From: an uncultured Acetatifactor sp.
GTDB lineage: Bacteria; Bacillota; Clostridia; Lachnospirales; Lachnospiraceae
Length of the DNA stretch: 40,707 nt
Direction of reading: 5' to 3'
NCBI GenBank assembly: GCA_947644185.1
Contig: CANRZC010000001.1
Location: 1-40,707, forward strand
This document shows, in pieces, positions 26,984-36,503 of the stretch. Each line of letters begins with the position of its first letter. Positions within the stretch are counted from its first letter, which is position 1. The notes beneath the pieces were generated by a model. That model was not told the DNA's origin. It did not search any database and saw only the letters and a list, made by a program, of their open reading frames with translations. The position numbers and the translations under genes were made by a program.

Positions 26984-28525
26984 CTAATCGAACATCTCCA
27001 AGCCACTGTGCATCAATCTCATGATAGGGTCAGAGTTCAGGCCCAGTATCAGGTTTAACAGAATGAAACAGATCAGCGCCACGCTCTTTGCAGGCTGTTC
27101 CCAAAGCCCCACCCTATGTGTTTTCGGCAAAATCTCATAAGCGCCGGCTGTGGCTTCCTTCGCGCTGTGTCGCTCAGTGGGTTTTCTGGTGTAAATCCGA
27201 ATCACTGTCTTCATGAAATACACCGCGTTCAGCACCGTGCTAAGGGCCAGGGCAATTACCGTAGGTAGCATTTTGTGGGCATGGCCCACGGCTGCCTGGG
27301 CAAAGAACAGCTTTGAGATAAACCCTGAAAACATAGGCATCCCTACCATGGACAAAGAGCCTACCAAAAAAGCTATGCCAGCCAATCTATTTCGGAATCC
27401 TGCTCCTGTGATGTCCCCATATTTGTCACTTCCCCCGGAGGCCTCCGAAAGCCCGGACGCAGCCACAAACAGCAAAGCTTTGGTGGCCCCATGGGACAGT
27501 ACATGGTAGATGCTGGCCACAGTCCCGGCCTCTGTGGCCAACCCCAGCCCCATGTAGATATAGCCGATCTGGGCCACAGAAGAATAGGCGATCATCCGGC
27601 GGAGATTCCCCTCCTTCATGGCGCTTAGAGAGCCCATCACCATGCCCAATATGCCAAATACAAACAGCACATTGACTACTTTGCTGTCTCTGACCACATC
27701 AAAGCCTACCACTCTGTAGAAAATCTTGATCAGCAGGAAAATATAGCCCTTTGACACCAGAGAGGACAGGATGGCGGAAGAAGACAGGGTAGAATACCCG
27801 TAAGCATCTGGCAGCCACGCGTGAAAGGGATACAGGGCGCTCTTAATGGCCAGGCCCACGGACATCAGTCCCAAAGCTACCATCAGCGAAATATGGTACT
27901 GTCCCGTCCAGGCCAGCTGCTGCACCTGCTCTCTGATATTGCTCATCAGCAGATGCCCTGTCACCGCGTACAGATAACAAATCCCCAACAGCAGCAGACC
28001 CGATCCCAAAAGGCTCATAATCATGTACCGGGTAGCCGCCTCAAAGGTCCGGCCAGTCTGGCGAATCATGATAAGGCCACAGGCGGAGATGGTATTGATC
28101 TCCACAAACACATAGGCTGTAAACAGATCATTGGTATAAATCAGGGCAAGCAGGGAGCACAGCAACAGATTCACCATCACATAGTACAGATTCTGCTTCC
28201 CCTCCTCAATCTCTGCTTCCCTCTCCCGAATGCCTCCCAGCATGCACAATAGCATAATAATGCAGAAAAAGCAGGCCAAAAAGGCTTCCAGAATGCCCAC
28301 ACGGATTTCATTGCCCCAGGGCGCTGAAAAATGTCCCATTCGGTACACATAGGGCTGCCCTGTGGAGATCACATATTGCAGCACAAAAGCTGACAGAATA
28401 CCGATCACTGTAATCACTGCCGTATTCACCCGCCTGGCCCACTTTCCGTTTAAAACAGAGCAAAGGGGACCGGAAAACAGGGACAGTAGAATAGATATAA
28501 AAGGGAAATTCTGCACAAAAGCCAT
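26984..28525 (-). CDS. mrpD: Mrp/Mnh antiporter subunit D
   Basis: 'APWGNEIR', 'DLFTAYVFVEI', 'IKSALYPFHAWLPDAY', 'RRMIAYSSVAQIGY'. TAATG-coupled to mrpC. Confidence 0.88.
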   Translation of the reverse strand: MAFVQNFPFISILLSLFSGPLCSVLNGKWARRVNTAVITVIGILSAFVLQYVISTGQPYVYRMGHFSAPWGNEIRVGILEAFLACFFCIIMLLCMLGGIREREAEIEEGKQNLYYVMVNLLLCSLLALIYTNDLFTAYVFVEINTISACGLIMIRQTGRTFEAATRYMIMSLLGSGLLLLGICYLYAVTGHLLMSNIREQVQQLAWTGQYHISLMVALGLMSVGLAIKSALYPFHAWLPDAYGYSTLSSSAILSSLVSKGYIFLLIKIFYRVVGFDVVRDSKVVNVLFVFGILGMVMGSLSAMKEGNLRRMIAYSSVAQIGYIYMGLGLATEAGTVASIYHVLSHGATKALLFVAASGLSEASGGSDKYGDITGAGFRNRLAGIAFLVGSLSMVGMPMFSGFISKLFFAQAAVGHAHKMLPTVIALALSTVLNAVYFMKTVIRIYTRKPTERHSAKEATAGAYEILPKTHRVGLWEQPAKSVALICFILLNLILGLNSDPIMRLMHSGLEMFD

Positions 28526-28902
28526 TATTTCCCCTCCTTTTTCAGACGGGTGGTGATTTCGTCCAAGTCCAGGGTGTGATATCTGCGATACAGTCTGATG
28601 GTCAAAGACAGCATCAGTGCCGTCACCGACACAGACACCACGATGCCTGTCAGTACAAGCCCGCTGGGAATAGGGTTAATATACGCCTCCACCTCCTGGA
28701 TACCGTCCACCACCACCGGGGCTTTTCTATCTGCAATATAGCCCTTCAGCGCCAAAAAGAGATAAGTGGCTGTGTCCATAATGTTCAGGCCTATGATTTT
28801 CTTGATGAGATTCTTTTGCAGCAGCAAATTGGAGAAGCCAATGCCAAACAGAATCATGGCCACAGCCTCCTGGTAATTATTGAGCAAATATTCCAAGTGC
28901 AT
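28525..28902 (-). CDS. mrpC: Mrp/Mnh antiporter subunit C
   Basis: 'NLIKKIIGLNIM', 'NPIPSGLVLTGIVVSVS', 'YHTLDLDEI'. Confidence 0.92.
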   Translation of the reverse strand: MHLEYLLNNYQEAVAMILFGIGFSNLLLQKNLIKKIIGLNIMDTATYLFLALKGYIADRKAPVVVDGIQEVEAYINPIPSGLVLTGIVVSVSVTALMLSLTIRLYRRYHTLDLDEITTRLKKEGK

Positions 28903-28963
28903 TCTCCCACACCTCCATCCGTTTTCTTTTGTGCTCACCTTCTCTTACCTGGGAAAAGGCAGT

Positions 28964-29926
28964 TCAGTACCCACCTTTGCGGAACATGGCATAAAAGGTA
29001 TACATAGTGCCTGCCACCACCACCCCTACACAGATGTTTAGGACCAATATCAGTCCACTGCTTAAGATTGCTCCAGGTGTCCCCAGGGGAATGATGCTTT
29101 CCATATGGTTGGCCCCTGTGTAAAAGGAATAGCTCTTTGCCACACTATAGCAGGCCAGGGCGCAAAAGCTCATACGGCGGTAGGTCTTTGCTGTGAAGAA
29201 TCGCTCCGTTTTGGCAAAGCCAAAGGCATTCAGGTACAATATGAGGCCAGCCCCTATCACAGCGCCTCCGGAAAATCCGCCGCCAGGGCCCAGATGCCCT
29301 GCCAGAATGATATAAATGCCAAAGAGGAATATGGGCGGCACCAGGACTCTGGCCACAGTCTGCAGTATCACATCATTCTTTGGCTCATAGAGCCTGTCAT
29401 TGTCCTGGTCAATGGCCTGTTCCTTTTTCCCGTCCCGGCGCAATAGAATCAACACAGTACAGGTAGCGATGAAGAGCACATGGGATTCCCCCAATGTGTC
29501 AAAGGCACGGTAATCCAGAATCATACCTGTGACAATGTTCACCGCCCCAGTCTCCTGTAATCCTTTCTCAATGTAGCGCTCTGCCACCTCATTGTTCACC
29601 GGATTATCCTCATGCCCAAAGGTAGGCAGATCTGACACTGCCACCAGCAGCATGGCTACCAGAAAGATACAGAACAGAATGCTAAAAATGCGGTAAAATC
29701 TCTGGAACACCCGCATCTCAAAATTGTTCTCCAGGTCGTAGACCTTACTTTTCAGAGCTGCCTGATCCTGCTCCCTTTTCTCCTTCGCCTCCTTGCTCTC
29801 TGAGAAGGGGGCTTGCTTTTCCATCTCCACCTCCCCCAGGAAGGGATCCTTTGTGCCATCCAGCCACTGTCTGAATCGAAAGGATAAAGTCTTCTGATAT
29901 TTCTCCTCAGGTATCTTCCTGCTCAT
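28964..29926 (-). CDS. mrpB: Mrp/Mnh subunit B (MnhB domain) with extended N-terminus
   Basis: 'NIVTGMILDYRAFDTLGE', 'GHLGPGGGFSGG'. GGAGG RBS before ATG 29926. Confidence 0.88.
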   Translation of the reverse strand: MSRKIPEEKYQKTLSFRFRQWLDGTKDPFLGEVEMEKQAPFSESKEAKEKREQDQAALKSKVYDLENNFEMRVFQRFYRIFSILFCIFLVAMLLVAVSDLPTFGHEDNPVNNEVAERYIEKGLQETGAVNIVTGMILDYRAFDTLGESHVLFIATCTVLILLRRDGKKEQAIDQDNDRLYEPKNDVILQTVARVLVPPIFLFGIYIILAGHLGPGGGFSGGAVIGAGLILYLNAFGFAKTERFFTAKTYRRMSFCALACYSVAKSYSFYTGANHMESIIPLGTPGAILSSGLILVLNICVGVVVAGTMYTFYAMFRKGGY

Positions 29927-30191
29927 CCTGCTTCTCCTCCTGTGCACTCTCCCTTTTGATAATGGCATCTATCTTTTTCAAGGTCACCAAAAAAAGCACT
30001 GTGGTTACCCCTGCGCCTACCGCTGCCTCTGTGATTGCCAGATCCGGGGATTCCAACAGCACCCAGATAATGGACATAATCAGGCTGTAGGACATGAAAA
30101 TCAATATGGTGTTCAAAAGCTTTTTGGACAGGCTGGCCGCAATGGCACAGACCACCAAAAATCCCAGCAAAATGCAGGTAAATATTGTCAT
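29907..30191 (-). CDS. Mrp small subunit, DUF4040 (MbhD/MrpA C-terminal-like)
   Basis: 'LLESPDLAITEAAVGAG' signature, three TM helices. Confidence 0.88.
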   Translation of the reverse strand: MTIFTCILLGFLVVCAIAASLSKKLLNTILIFMSYSLIMSIIWVLLESPDLAITEAAVGAGVTTVLFLVTLKKIDAIIKRESAQEEKQDEQEDT

Positions 30192-30211
30192 AGCTTCCGC
30201 CTCCTCCACGT

Positions 30212-30595
30212 CTATTTGGTGGATATAGTGTCGGTGTCTGAGATCTCCGACTCACTCTCCCGGGAATCCAGCTCTACCACACGGTAATGCTTCTCGCTGT
30301 CCTCATTGGTGCTTACCTCCAGCCTGGCGATTAAATGGGAGGACACTGGGGAGGAGAACCACAAAAAGACAATCACCAGCAAAAGCTTTAGAGATGTGAA
30401 GTTAAAGCCGCTTATGACAATCAGCCCTGCCAGCGCAAAGCCGATACCCAAGGTATCCCCAATGGCAGCCGCATGCATCCGGTTCAGCACATACCGAAAC
30501 CGGAACACACCTATGATTTCAATGATAAAGGTTCCCAATCCGCACAAAAGTAATCCGCCGCCCATCACAAACCGCACCCATTCCCATATTGCCAT
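30212..30595 (-). CDS. mrpG: Mrp/Mnh antiporter subunit G
   Basis: 'GVFRF..VLNRMHAAAIGDTLG', 'SPVSSHLIAR'. Confidence 0.92.
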   Translation of the reverse strand: MAIWEWVRFVMGGGLLLCGLGTFIIEIIGVFRFRYVLNRMHAAAIGDTLGIGFALAGLIVISGFNFTSLKLLLVIVFLWFSSPVSSHLIARLEVSTNEDSEKHYRVVELDSRESESEISDTDTISTK

Positions 30596-30671
30596 TGTAC
30601 ATCCTCCTAGCCTTCCCTCATGCCGCCTACAGCGACAGTGCCATTTTAGCCATTTCCCCGGCAGATACCGT

Positions 30672-31073
30672 CTACTGCTTCTCCTGTGTCTCCTGCCCTG
30701 TTTTCAGGTCCTTTGGGCTGGTATCCTCTGCTGTCATTTTTACTATGCTTATATCGTCATCCGTTTTACCATGCTTCCCCTCCTGGTACACACCCATGTA
30801 CACCTTCACCAGCACAATCACCGCCAGGAAGCTGATCATAGCGTAGATCAGGCAAATGTCCACCAGATATCCCTCCTCCAGCATCAGCGCCAGAATGGCG
30901 ATCATCACAATGACCATAGTGCCTGTCATATTTACCGACACAATCCGGTCTGCCACCCTGGGGCCGATAATCGCCCGGATCAGGCAAAGTATCACCAGGA
31001 TTGCCAGTACGATCAGCGCTACTGTAAAAAATATACTGTATGCCTTATCCAGGCTCTCGATTCCGCTTCCCAT
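30672..31073 (-). CDS. mrpF: Mrp/Mnh antiporter subunit F
   Basis: 'RAIIGPRVADRIVSVN', 'YLVDICLIYAMISFL'. Confidence 0.92.
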   Translation of the reverse strand: MGSGIESLDKAYSIFFTVALIVLAILVILCLIRAIIGPRVADRIVSVNMTGTMVIVMIAILALMLEEGYLVDICLIYAMISFLAVIVLVKVYMGVYQEGKHGKTDDDISIVKMTAEDTSPKDLKTGQETQEKQ

Positions 31074-31095
31074 CCTTATCCCTTCTCCCACTTTC

Positions 31096-31560
31096 TTATA
31101 GGGTTTCCTCAAATTTCCGAATATATGTCACAAAGGCGCTCTCCTCAATTCCCTCCGCCATAGACTCGTCCAGGCAGTGTACGGTGTATTCGTCTCCCTC
31201 CAGCGTGACTGTAATGGTTCCCGGTGTCAGCGTGATAGCATTGGCCAGCATGGCCTTTCCCGCCTGGGATTTTAAGTCCGTGTAAAAGCTCACCAGCACA
31301 GGCTCTATCTCCTCTCTCTGGGTCAATATCATATGCATAGCGTGGAGATTGGCCTTGACGATTTCTGTCACCAGCAGCTTGCAATACCGCAAAAACAGGA
31401 ATCCATTTTTGTATACCCGCAGCTCCTTTGCCAGGCTGTAATCCACGAATTTGCAGGAAAACCAAAGCAATGCTCCTGCAATCACCAGCCCAAACAGGCA
31501 TATTTCTAAAGTAACTCTGCCATGAAAGATAATCCAAAGGAAAAAATAAAGCAAGAACAT
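31096..31560 (-). CDS. mrpE: Mrp/Mnh antiporter subunit E
   Basis: 'EIVKANL', 'LANAITLTPGTITV', 'VHCLD'. AGGAGG RBS. Confidence 0.92.
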   Translation of the reverse strand: MFLLYFFLWIIFHGRVTLEICLFGLVIAGALLWFSCKFVDYSLAKELRVYKNGFLFLRYCKLLVTEIVKANLHAMHMILTQREEIEPVLVSFYTDLKSQAGKAMLANAITLTPGTITVTLEGDEYTVHCLDESMAEGIEESAFVTYIRKFEETL

Positions 31561-31576
31561 ATTGCACCTCCTACAC

Positions 31577-31605
31577 AAAAAAAGCAACCCTTCAGTTGCC
31601 TTTTT
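31577..31605 (-). terminator. Terminator-like hairpin immediately upstream of the mrpE RBS
   Basis: Minus strand AAAAAGGCAAC-TGAAGG-GTTGCTTTTTTT. Confidence 0.45.
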
Positions 31606-31705
31606 GCAAATATATATCACATAGTCTTTTCTCACGACAGCTAAATCATTCTTATACCCCTTGCGCGCTTCGGCGCGCATACCAATCAATATTTGAAAGG
31701 AACTT

Positions 31706-31897
31706 TCAAACTTTCATCTTGTCAATATCCGTAAGATTGACACCGGCAACCGTCAGAATCGCCTTTAAAGAAAGATATTCATCTTTCAGTTTTGCATATG
31801 TCTTCTCCGCATTTTCTTCTCTTGCAAGAATCATGTATTCCTGAATCTTTTTGAAATCCTCAATCGCTGCTTTTGCAATTTCGAGACCGTTTGGCAT
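31706..31897 (-). CDS. Small helical hypothetical protein (63 aa)
   Basis: AGGTG RBS, its own promoter, and natural-looking amphipathic sequence. Confidence 0.75.
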   Translation of the reverse strand: MPNGLEIAKAAIEDFKKIQEYMILAREENAEKTYAKLKDEYLSLKAILTVAGVNLTDIDKMKV

Positions 31898-31946
31898 ACA
31901 ATCACCTGCTTTCTTTATGTGCCATTTCTTCTGTATCAGATAGGTT

Positions 31947-31991
31947 TATTATAGAATCATGATAATAGAATCGTCTCTTTGATTCTATTAT
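31947..31991. repeat. Palindromic element ATAATAGAATC-N8-GATTCTATTAT, copy 1
   Basis: Perfect 11-bp arms at 31962-31972 and 31981-31991, plus flank matching the copies at 40202-40278. Confidence 0.85.
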
Positions 31992-32015
31992 AACAATCGC
32001 CGCTCAAACTGTAAA
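31987..32015 (-). promoter_or_regulatory. Sigma-A promoter of the 63-aa gene, with -10 overlapping the palindrome
   Basis: TTTACA-17 nt-TATAAT with TG extension. Confidence 0.7.
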
Positions 32016-32070
32016 GTCTTTCCTACATTTCCTCTAAAAGTTTTCATAAATTTTGACTTCATGTTAAGTT

Positions 32071-32556
32071 TTATATCACTTCAATCCGCTCAAAATACTT
32101 TAATAGAATATTGGCGCAGTTCTCAATGCCGAATTGGGAGGTGTCCAGAATCATATGATAATTGTTTACATCTCCCCATACTTTTCCTGTATGTCTGTAA
32201 TAATATTCGCTGCGAGCCTTGTCATTCTCCTCCAACAGAGTCTTCGCCTCCTCATAGGGCAGGGACTTCTGTCCCATAATGCGATGAATGCGGTCCTCCT
32301 TGTCAGCGCACACATAGATATTGAACACATTTCCCTGATCCCGCAGGATTTCCGAGGCGCAGCGCCCTAAAATAATGCAGGAATGGGACGCCAGCTTTTT
32401 GATCAGCTCTGTCTCGTCCCCATAGCTGTGGTCTTCCAGCTCATGTTCTATGTACGCCTTGTCATACACTGGAATCTCCAGCTTTCTAGACAACTCTGCC
32501 GCAATGGCGCTGGCACCGGTTCCAAACCTCCGACTCATGGTAATCACCAGATTCAT
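32071..32556 (-). CDS. Cytidylate kinase-like family protein
   Basis: 'VITMSRRFGTGASAIA..L...L.IPVYDK', 'CIILGRCA', 'DKARSEYYYRHTGKVWGD..NYHMILDTS'. GGAGG RBS. Confidence 0.85.
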   Translation of the reverse strand: MNLVITMSRRFGTGASAIAAELSRKLEIPVYDKAYIEHELEDHSYGDETELIKKLASHSCIILGRCASEILRDQGNVFNIYVCADKEDRIHRIMGQKSLPYEEAKTLLEENDKARSEYYYRHTGKVWGDVNNYHMILDTSQFGIENCANILLKYFERIEVI

Positions 32557-32667
32557 ACTCGTTCCTCCCCTTTGGCCGCTTTTTGGCTTGCACATGGACT
32601 GATTATACCACATCCCTAAACCGGTTACAACCCCGTTGCGGAACCAAGTTATGGCATTTTCAATGTC

Positions 32668-34548
32668 TTATCCCGCCTCATAATATTTGGCCTGGGCGTT
32701 CCAGAGGGATGCGTAGACGCCTCCTTCCTCCGCCAGCAGCTCTTCATGGCTTCCCGTCTGCACCAATCTGCCCTTGTCAAACACCGCAATCTTATCGCAG
32801 AACCGGCAGGAGGACAACCTGTGGCTGATGTAGATGGCGGTTTTGTCGCCCACAATCTTGTCAAAATTACTGTAGATTTCCGCCTCGGCAATGGGGTCCA
32901 GTGCTGCTGTGGGCTCGTCTAAGAGCACAAAGGGTGCCTCCTTGTATATCGCCCTGGCAATGGCCAGCTTCTGGGCCTCTCCGCCGCTGATCTCAATGCC
33001 CTCATCGGTATAATCCTTGTATAAGTAGCTTGTAATCCCCTTTTCGCCCAGGCCTTCCAGCCGTTCCCCAAATCCTGCGTCCACCAGGCACCGCCGCACC
33101 TTCTCCCCATCGTAGTCCTTGTCCGCGGCTATATTCTCCGCCAGCATCAGGGAAAAGAGCATGTAATCCTGAAATACAACGGAAAAAAGCTTTTCATACT
33201 CATCATGGCGAAATTTCTTAATATCCACACCGTTTACCAGAATCTCTCCTTCGTCCGGATCATAGAGTCTGCACAGCAGCTTGATCATAGTGGTCTTGCC
33301 GGAACCATTCCTGCCCACAATGGCAAGCCTCTGGCCTACCTGAAACTCCAGGGAAAAATTTTTCAGCGCATATTCCTGACTTCCCGGATACTTGAACGAA
33401 ACATTTCGAAACGCAATGTGATATTCCTTGTCCCTTCTCTTTTCCATGGGCAGGGAGCCCTTGTACATCTCGTCGGAAAGCTCCAGCAGCTCTAAAATAC
33501 CCACCTGCTTTCTGGCCGCCAGACTTAAGTCCGCACTGGCTGTCACCACATACACCGTCTGAATCATAATGTTGGCGAGACAGTCCGCGTACAGTATCAG
33601 AGAGCCCACTGGCATGTTTCCCCTCAGGGCTGCCAAAATCACCATACCATAAGCGCCGATCTGTGTCAGTACATACAGAGCTGTCTGGACAGCATTGCTG
33701 CCCGCGTCCCCGACACACGGCCTCTTGATGGTATAATCAAAATATTCTTTGGTCTGCAGCTTATCCAAAGTCCACTTCTTTATCACATCATAGCTATTAT
33801 AGATTCTGACATCCTTTCCATTCTCGTAGCGATAGGCGGATCCATAGGCAAAGTCCCACGCATAATTCATCAGGAACTTTTTCTCTCCCGCTGTAGGCCG
33901 GTGGAACATGATGTATTGGCTCTTTTTTTGAAAATACCAATATAGCTTCAGACCCAGCCCAACCAGAAGACACAGCAAGAATACTACCGCCCCCAGCCAG
34001 CCCAGATCCCCTCTCTGAAAGTAGGAAAACATGGGGATACCGATGACCACCGCTCCCAGGATCCGGATGGCGCTCTCCAGCACGCCTTTCCCGCACCAGA
34101 ATACAGTAAAAAGCCCTGCCCCCCAGTTATTGTCCAGACGGATTCTCTCCCGCAGCTCCTTCAGCTCAGGGCTTGCAATCCGAGAGAAATCCATATTCAT
34201 AATCTTTTCCTGCTGCAGCGCCTCATACTTCTCGGAGAGCATCTGATTCTTCAGGTCTATCCGGCGTTTTAAGATACTCAGCACAGATCCCCCCAGGCTC
34301 AAAAGAACCACTCCCACAGTAATCCTTCCAAACAGCCCGGCAAAGACGAAATCTTTGGAAATGCTGTTCAGCACATAAGCGGACAAAATCATGCCACCGT
34401 AGCTTAAGGCTGCGGAAAAAACACAAGAGACCACATTCCATGGCACATAGCTCTTATCCAGGCTCATAATTAACTGCATCACCTGCCGGATCTGATCCAG
34501 TTGCTGCCTTAAGGGCAGTTTTTCCAAAAGCTTCGATTCCTCCGTCAT
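32668..34548 (-). CDS. ABC exporter, fused permease/ATP-binding subunit
   Basis: TM domain, Walker A GRNGSGKT, signature ISGGE, Walker B VLLDEPT, H-loop ISHRL. Confidence 0.93.
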   Translation of the reverse strand: MTEESKLLEKLPLRQQLDQIRQVMQLIMSLDKSYVPWNVVSCVFSAALSYGGMILSAYVLNSISKDFVFAGLFGRITVGVVLLSLGGSVLSILKRRIDLKNQMLSEKYEALQQEKIMNMDFSRIASPELKELRERIRLDNNWGAGLFTVFWCGKGVLESAIRILGAVVIGIPMFSYFQRGDLGWLGAVVFLLCLLVGLGLKLYWYFQKKSQYIMFHRPTAGEKKFLMNYAWDFAYGSAYRYENGKDVRIYNSYDVIKKWTLDKLQTKEYFDYTIKRPCVGDAGSNAVQTALYVLTQIGAYGMVILAALRGNMPVGSLILYADCLANIMIQTVYVVTASADLSLAARKQVGILELLELSDEMYKGSLPMEKRRDKEYHIAFRNVSFKYPGSQEYALKNFSLEFQVGQRLAIVGRNGSGKTTMIKLLCRLYDPDEGEILVNGVDIKKFRHDEYEKLFSVVFQDYMLFSLMLAENIAADKDYDGEKVRRCLVDAGFGERLEGLGEKGITSYLYKDYTDEGIEISGGEAQKLAIARAIYKEAPFVLLDEPTAALDPIAEAEIYSNFDKIVGDKTAIYISHRLSSCRFCDKIAVFDKGRLVQTGSHEELLAEEGGVYASLWNAQAKYYEAG

Positions 34549-34550
34549 CC

Positions 34551-36389
34551 CTAAAACGCCTCCTTTTCCAGCTTATTCCTGGCATAATACCGACTCTGCA
34601 CCTGGAACATCTTTGCATAGACGCCGTTTTTCTCCATCAGCTCCTGATGGCTTCCCTCTTCCAGAATGCCGCCCTCTCCCAACAGCACGATCCGATCGGA
34701 AAACCGCGTACTGGCAAGTCTGTGAGAGATAAAGATTGCTGTTTTATCCGCAGCATACTTTGCGTACTTGTCGTAGATCTCTGACTCCGCGATGGGGTCT
34801 AACGCCGCCGTAGGCTCGTCCAGAACCAAAACGGGGCCATCCTTATACAATGCCCTGGCCAATAGAAACCGCTGGGTCTCTCCCCCTGACAGCTCGATTC
34901 CGCTTTCGTCCATATCCACGTAAAAGAAGGTATCCAAGGTCACTCCTTTCTCGCGGAATCGCTCCGCCAAATCCGCCTCTTCCAGGGCCTTCCACGCCCT
35001 GTCACTGTCGCAGCGGGCCTCAAAGGTCAGATTCTCCCCCACTGTCACCGGCAGGAGAAAGGGCTCCTGAAAGACAGCGGAGAATAGATGGTAAAGCTCC
35101 TCCCTGGGAAATTCGTTTCTGTCCACGCCCCCTATGAGGATGCTTCCCTCATCCGGCTCATACATACCGGTAAGGAGCTTCACAAGGGTGGTCTTCCCCG
35201 CCCCATTGGCGCCTACCAGAGCCAGCTTTTCCCCGGCATGAATCTTCAGATTAAAATGGTCAAATATCTTTTTCTCTGCAGATTTGTCATAAGAAAAGGA
35301 AACGTCTCTGAATTCTATGGACACTGGCCTGGGCATCTCCGAAATATGCCTCTGCCCCTGTTTTCTGTCCTCCTCTGGCAGCTCCATATAGGCTCTATAG
35401 TAATTGGTCTCCAGGGAACCGCTGCGCAGCTTGGCCAGGCTTTCCATAATGCTTCCCACAAAGCCTGAAAACCCTGTGATCGCTCCGAAGTACAGTACAA
35501 ACTCCCCCGGATTCACCGCGCCTGTAAACACCTTTTGCAAAAGATATCCGTAGGCGAAGATATCCCGCCCCAGATTCAGCAGGCTCCCCAACTGCCAGTA
35601 GAGATACTCAGCCCTGTTCTTCTTTTGCGCAAGCTTCCTGGTCTGGTCCAGAAGAATATCCTTCTCCTTGTTCAGCCACCTCTGCATTCCAAAGATTCTG
35701 ACATCCTTGGCTGCCTTCTGATTGCCCATGGCGCTGTAAAAAAGATAGGATTTCTTTTTTCCCAGCTCTGCATCCTGGTCGCGGAATCTCTCCATATATT
35801 TTATCTTGCGAATATTGATCGCGTACTGTGCCAGGGCCAGTAACATCAGCAAGGCTGCCACAAAAGGGTTTAGGAAGCTCAGCACAGTGCTGTAGAGAAA
35901 GAAGCTCAAGGCGTTTTGTATCATACTGATGGTTCCGTAGGTCATTCTGTATAGGGCGCTCCAGTCCCCCTGGTTCACAATTCTTATGGCTTTCCAGTAC
36001 AGTTCCTTGGTCTCCCCCTCCTCCACATGACGGTAGGGCACCCGCAGGGTTTTGAGAAATATCTTCGCCACCAGCTCGTTTCTCCTGGTATTGTACAGGT
36101 GATATTTCCCCGTCTCACTGGCCTTTGCCGCCACGTGGACACATAAAAACAAGCCTCCGAATGTACCAAGGGTCAGCCACATGCGCTGCCAGGTAACCCC
36201 CTTTGTCACCAGATCCACTGCCAGCTTTGGCAGATAAATCCCGAAAAGAGGGCTTACCGCTCCAAACAGGATTTCCACAAGACACAGCCACAAAAAAATA
36301 GGGGCGCTCTGCCTGTAATATTTGAAATAATATCCTATGTTCTGAAAAATATTGTAATGCTTCTCATACTGAGATTCTGCCTGTTTCAA
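34551..36389 (-). CDS. ABC exporter, fused permease/ATP-binding subunit
   Basis: TTG start after AAGGAGG. Walker A GANGAGKT, signature LSGGE, Walker B LVLDEPT, H-loop ISHRL. Confidence 0.93.
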   Translation of the reverse strand: MKQAESQYEKHYNIFQNIGYYFKYYRQSAPIFLWLCLVEILFGAVSPLFGIYLPKLAVDLVTKGVTWQRMWLTLGTFGGLFLCVHVAAKASETGKYHLYNTRRNELVAKIFLKTLRVPYRHVEEGETKELYWKAIRIVNQGDWSALYRMTYGTISMIQNALSFFLYSTVLSFLNPFVAALLMLLALAQYAINIRKIKYMERFRDQDAELGKKKSYLFYSAMGNQKAAKDVRIFGMQRWLNKEKDILLDQTRKLAQKKNRAEYLYWQLGSLLNLGRDIFAYGYLLQKVFTGAVNPGEFVLYFGAITGFSGFVGSIMESLAKLRSGSLETNYYRAYMELPEEDRKQGQRHISEMPRPVSIEFRDVSFSYDKSAEKKIFDHFNLKIHAGEKLALVGANGAGKTTLVKLLTGMYEPDEGSILIGGVDRNEFPREELYHLFSAVFQEPFLLPVTVGENLTFEARCDSDRAWKALEEADLAERFREKGVTLDTFFYVDMDESGIELSGGETQRFLLARALYKDGPVLVLDEPTAALDPIAESEIYDKYAKYAADKTAIFISHRLASTRFSDRIVLLGEGGILEEGSHQELMEKNGVYAKMFQVQSRYYARNKLEKEAF

Positions 36390-36445
36390 GATCCGGCCTC
36401 CTTACGCTCTTGTATTCTATGTTCAATATTCTATTATCGAAAACT

Positions 36446-36474
36446 ATTATATCACCCTTGCCGCTCTCTAACAA
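36446..36474 (-). promoter_or_regulatory. Promoter of the ABC exporter pair
   Basis: TTGTTA-17 nt-TATAAT with TG extension. Confidence 0.7.
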
Positions 36475-36503
36475 AAAAATGCACGAATGGTTTCATTCGT
36501 GCA
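36473..36503 (-). terminator. Intrinsic terminator overlapping the histidine kinase stop codon
   Basis: 10-bp stem TGCACGAATG/CATTCGTGCA, 4-nt loop, followed by T7 on the minus strand. Confidence 0.7.

Noticed and set aside
21605..31560. Energy-converting hydrogenase (Ech/Mbh/Hyf) or complex I
   Set aside because: No NiFe large/small subunit, NuoH-like or Fe-S subunit is encoded in or beside the operon.
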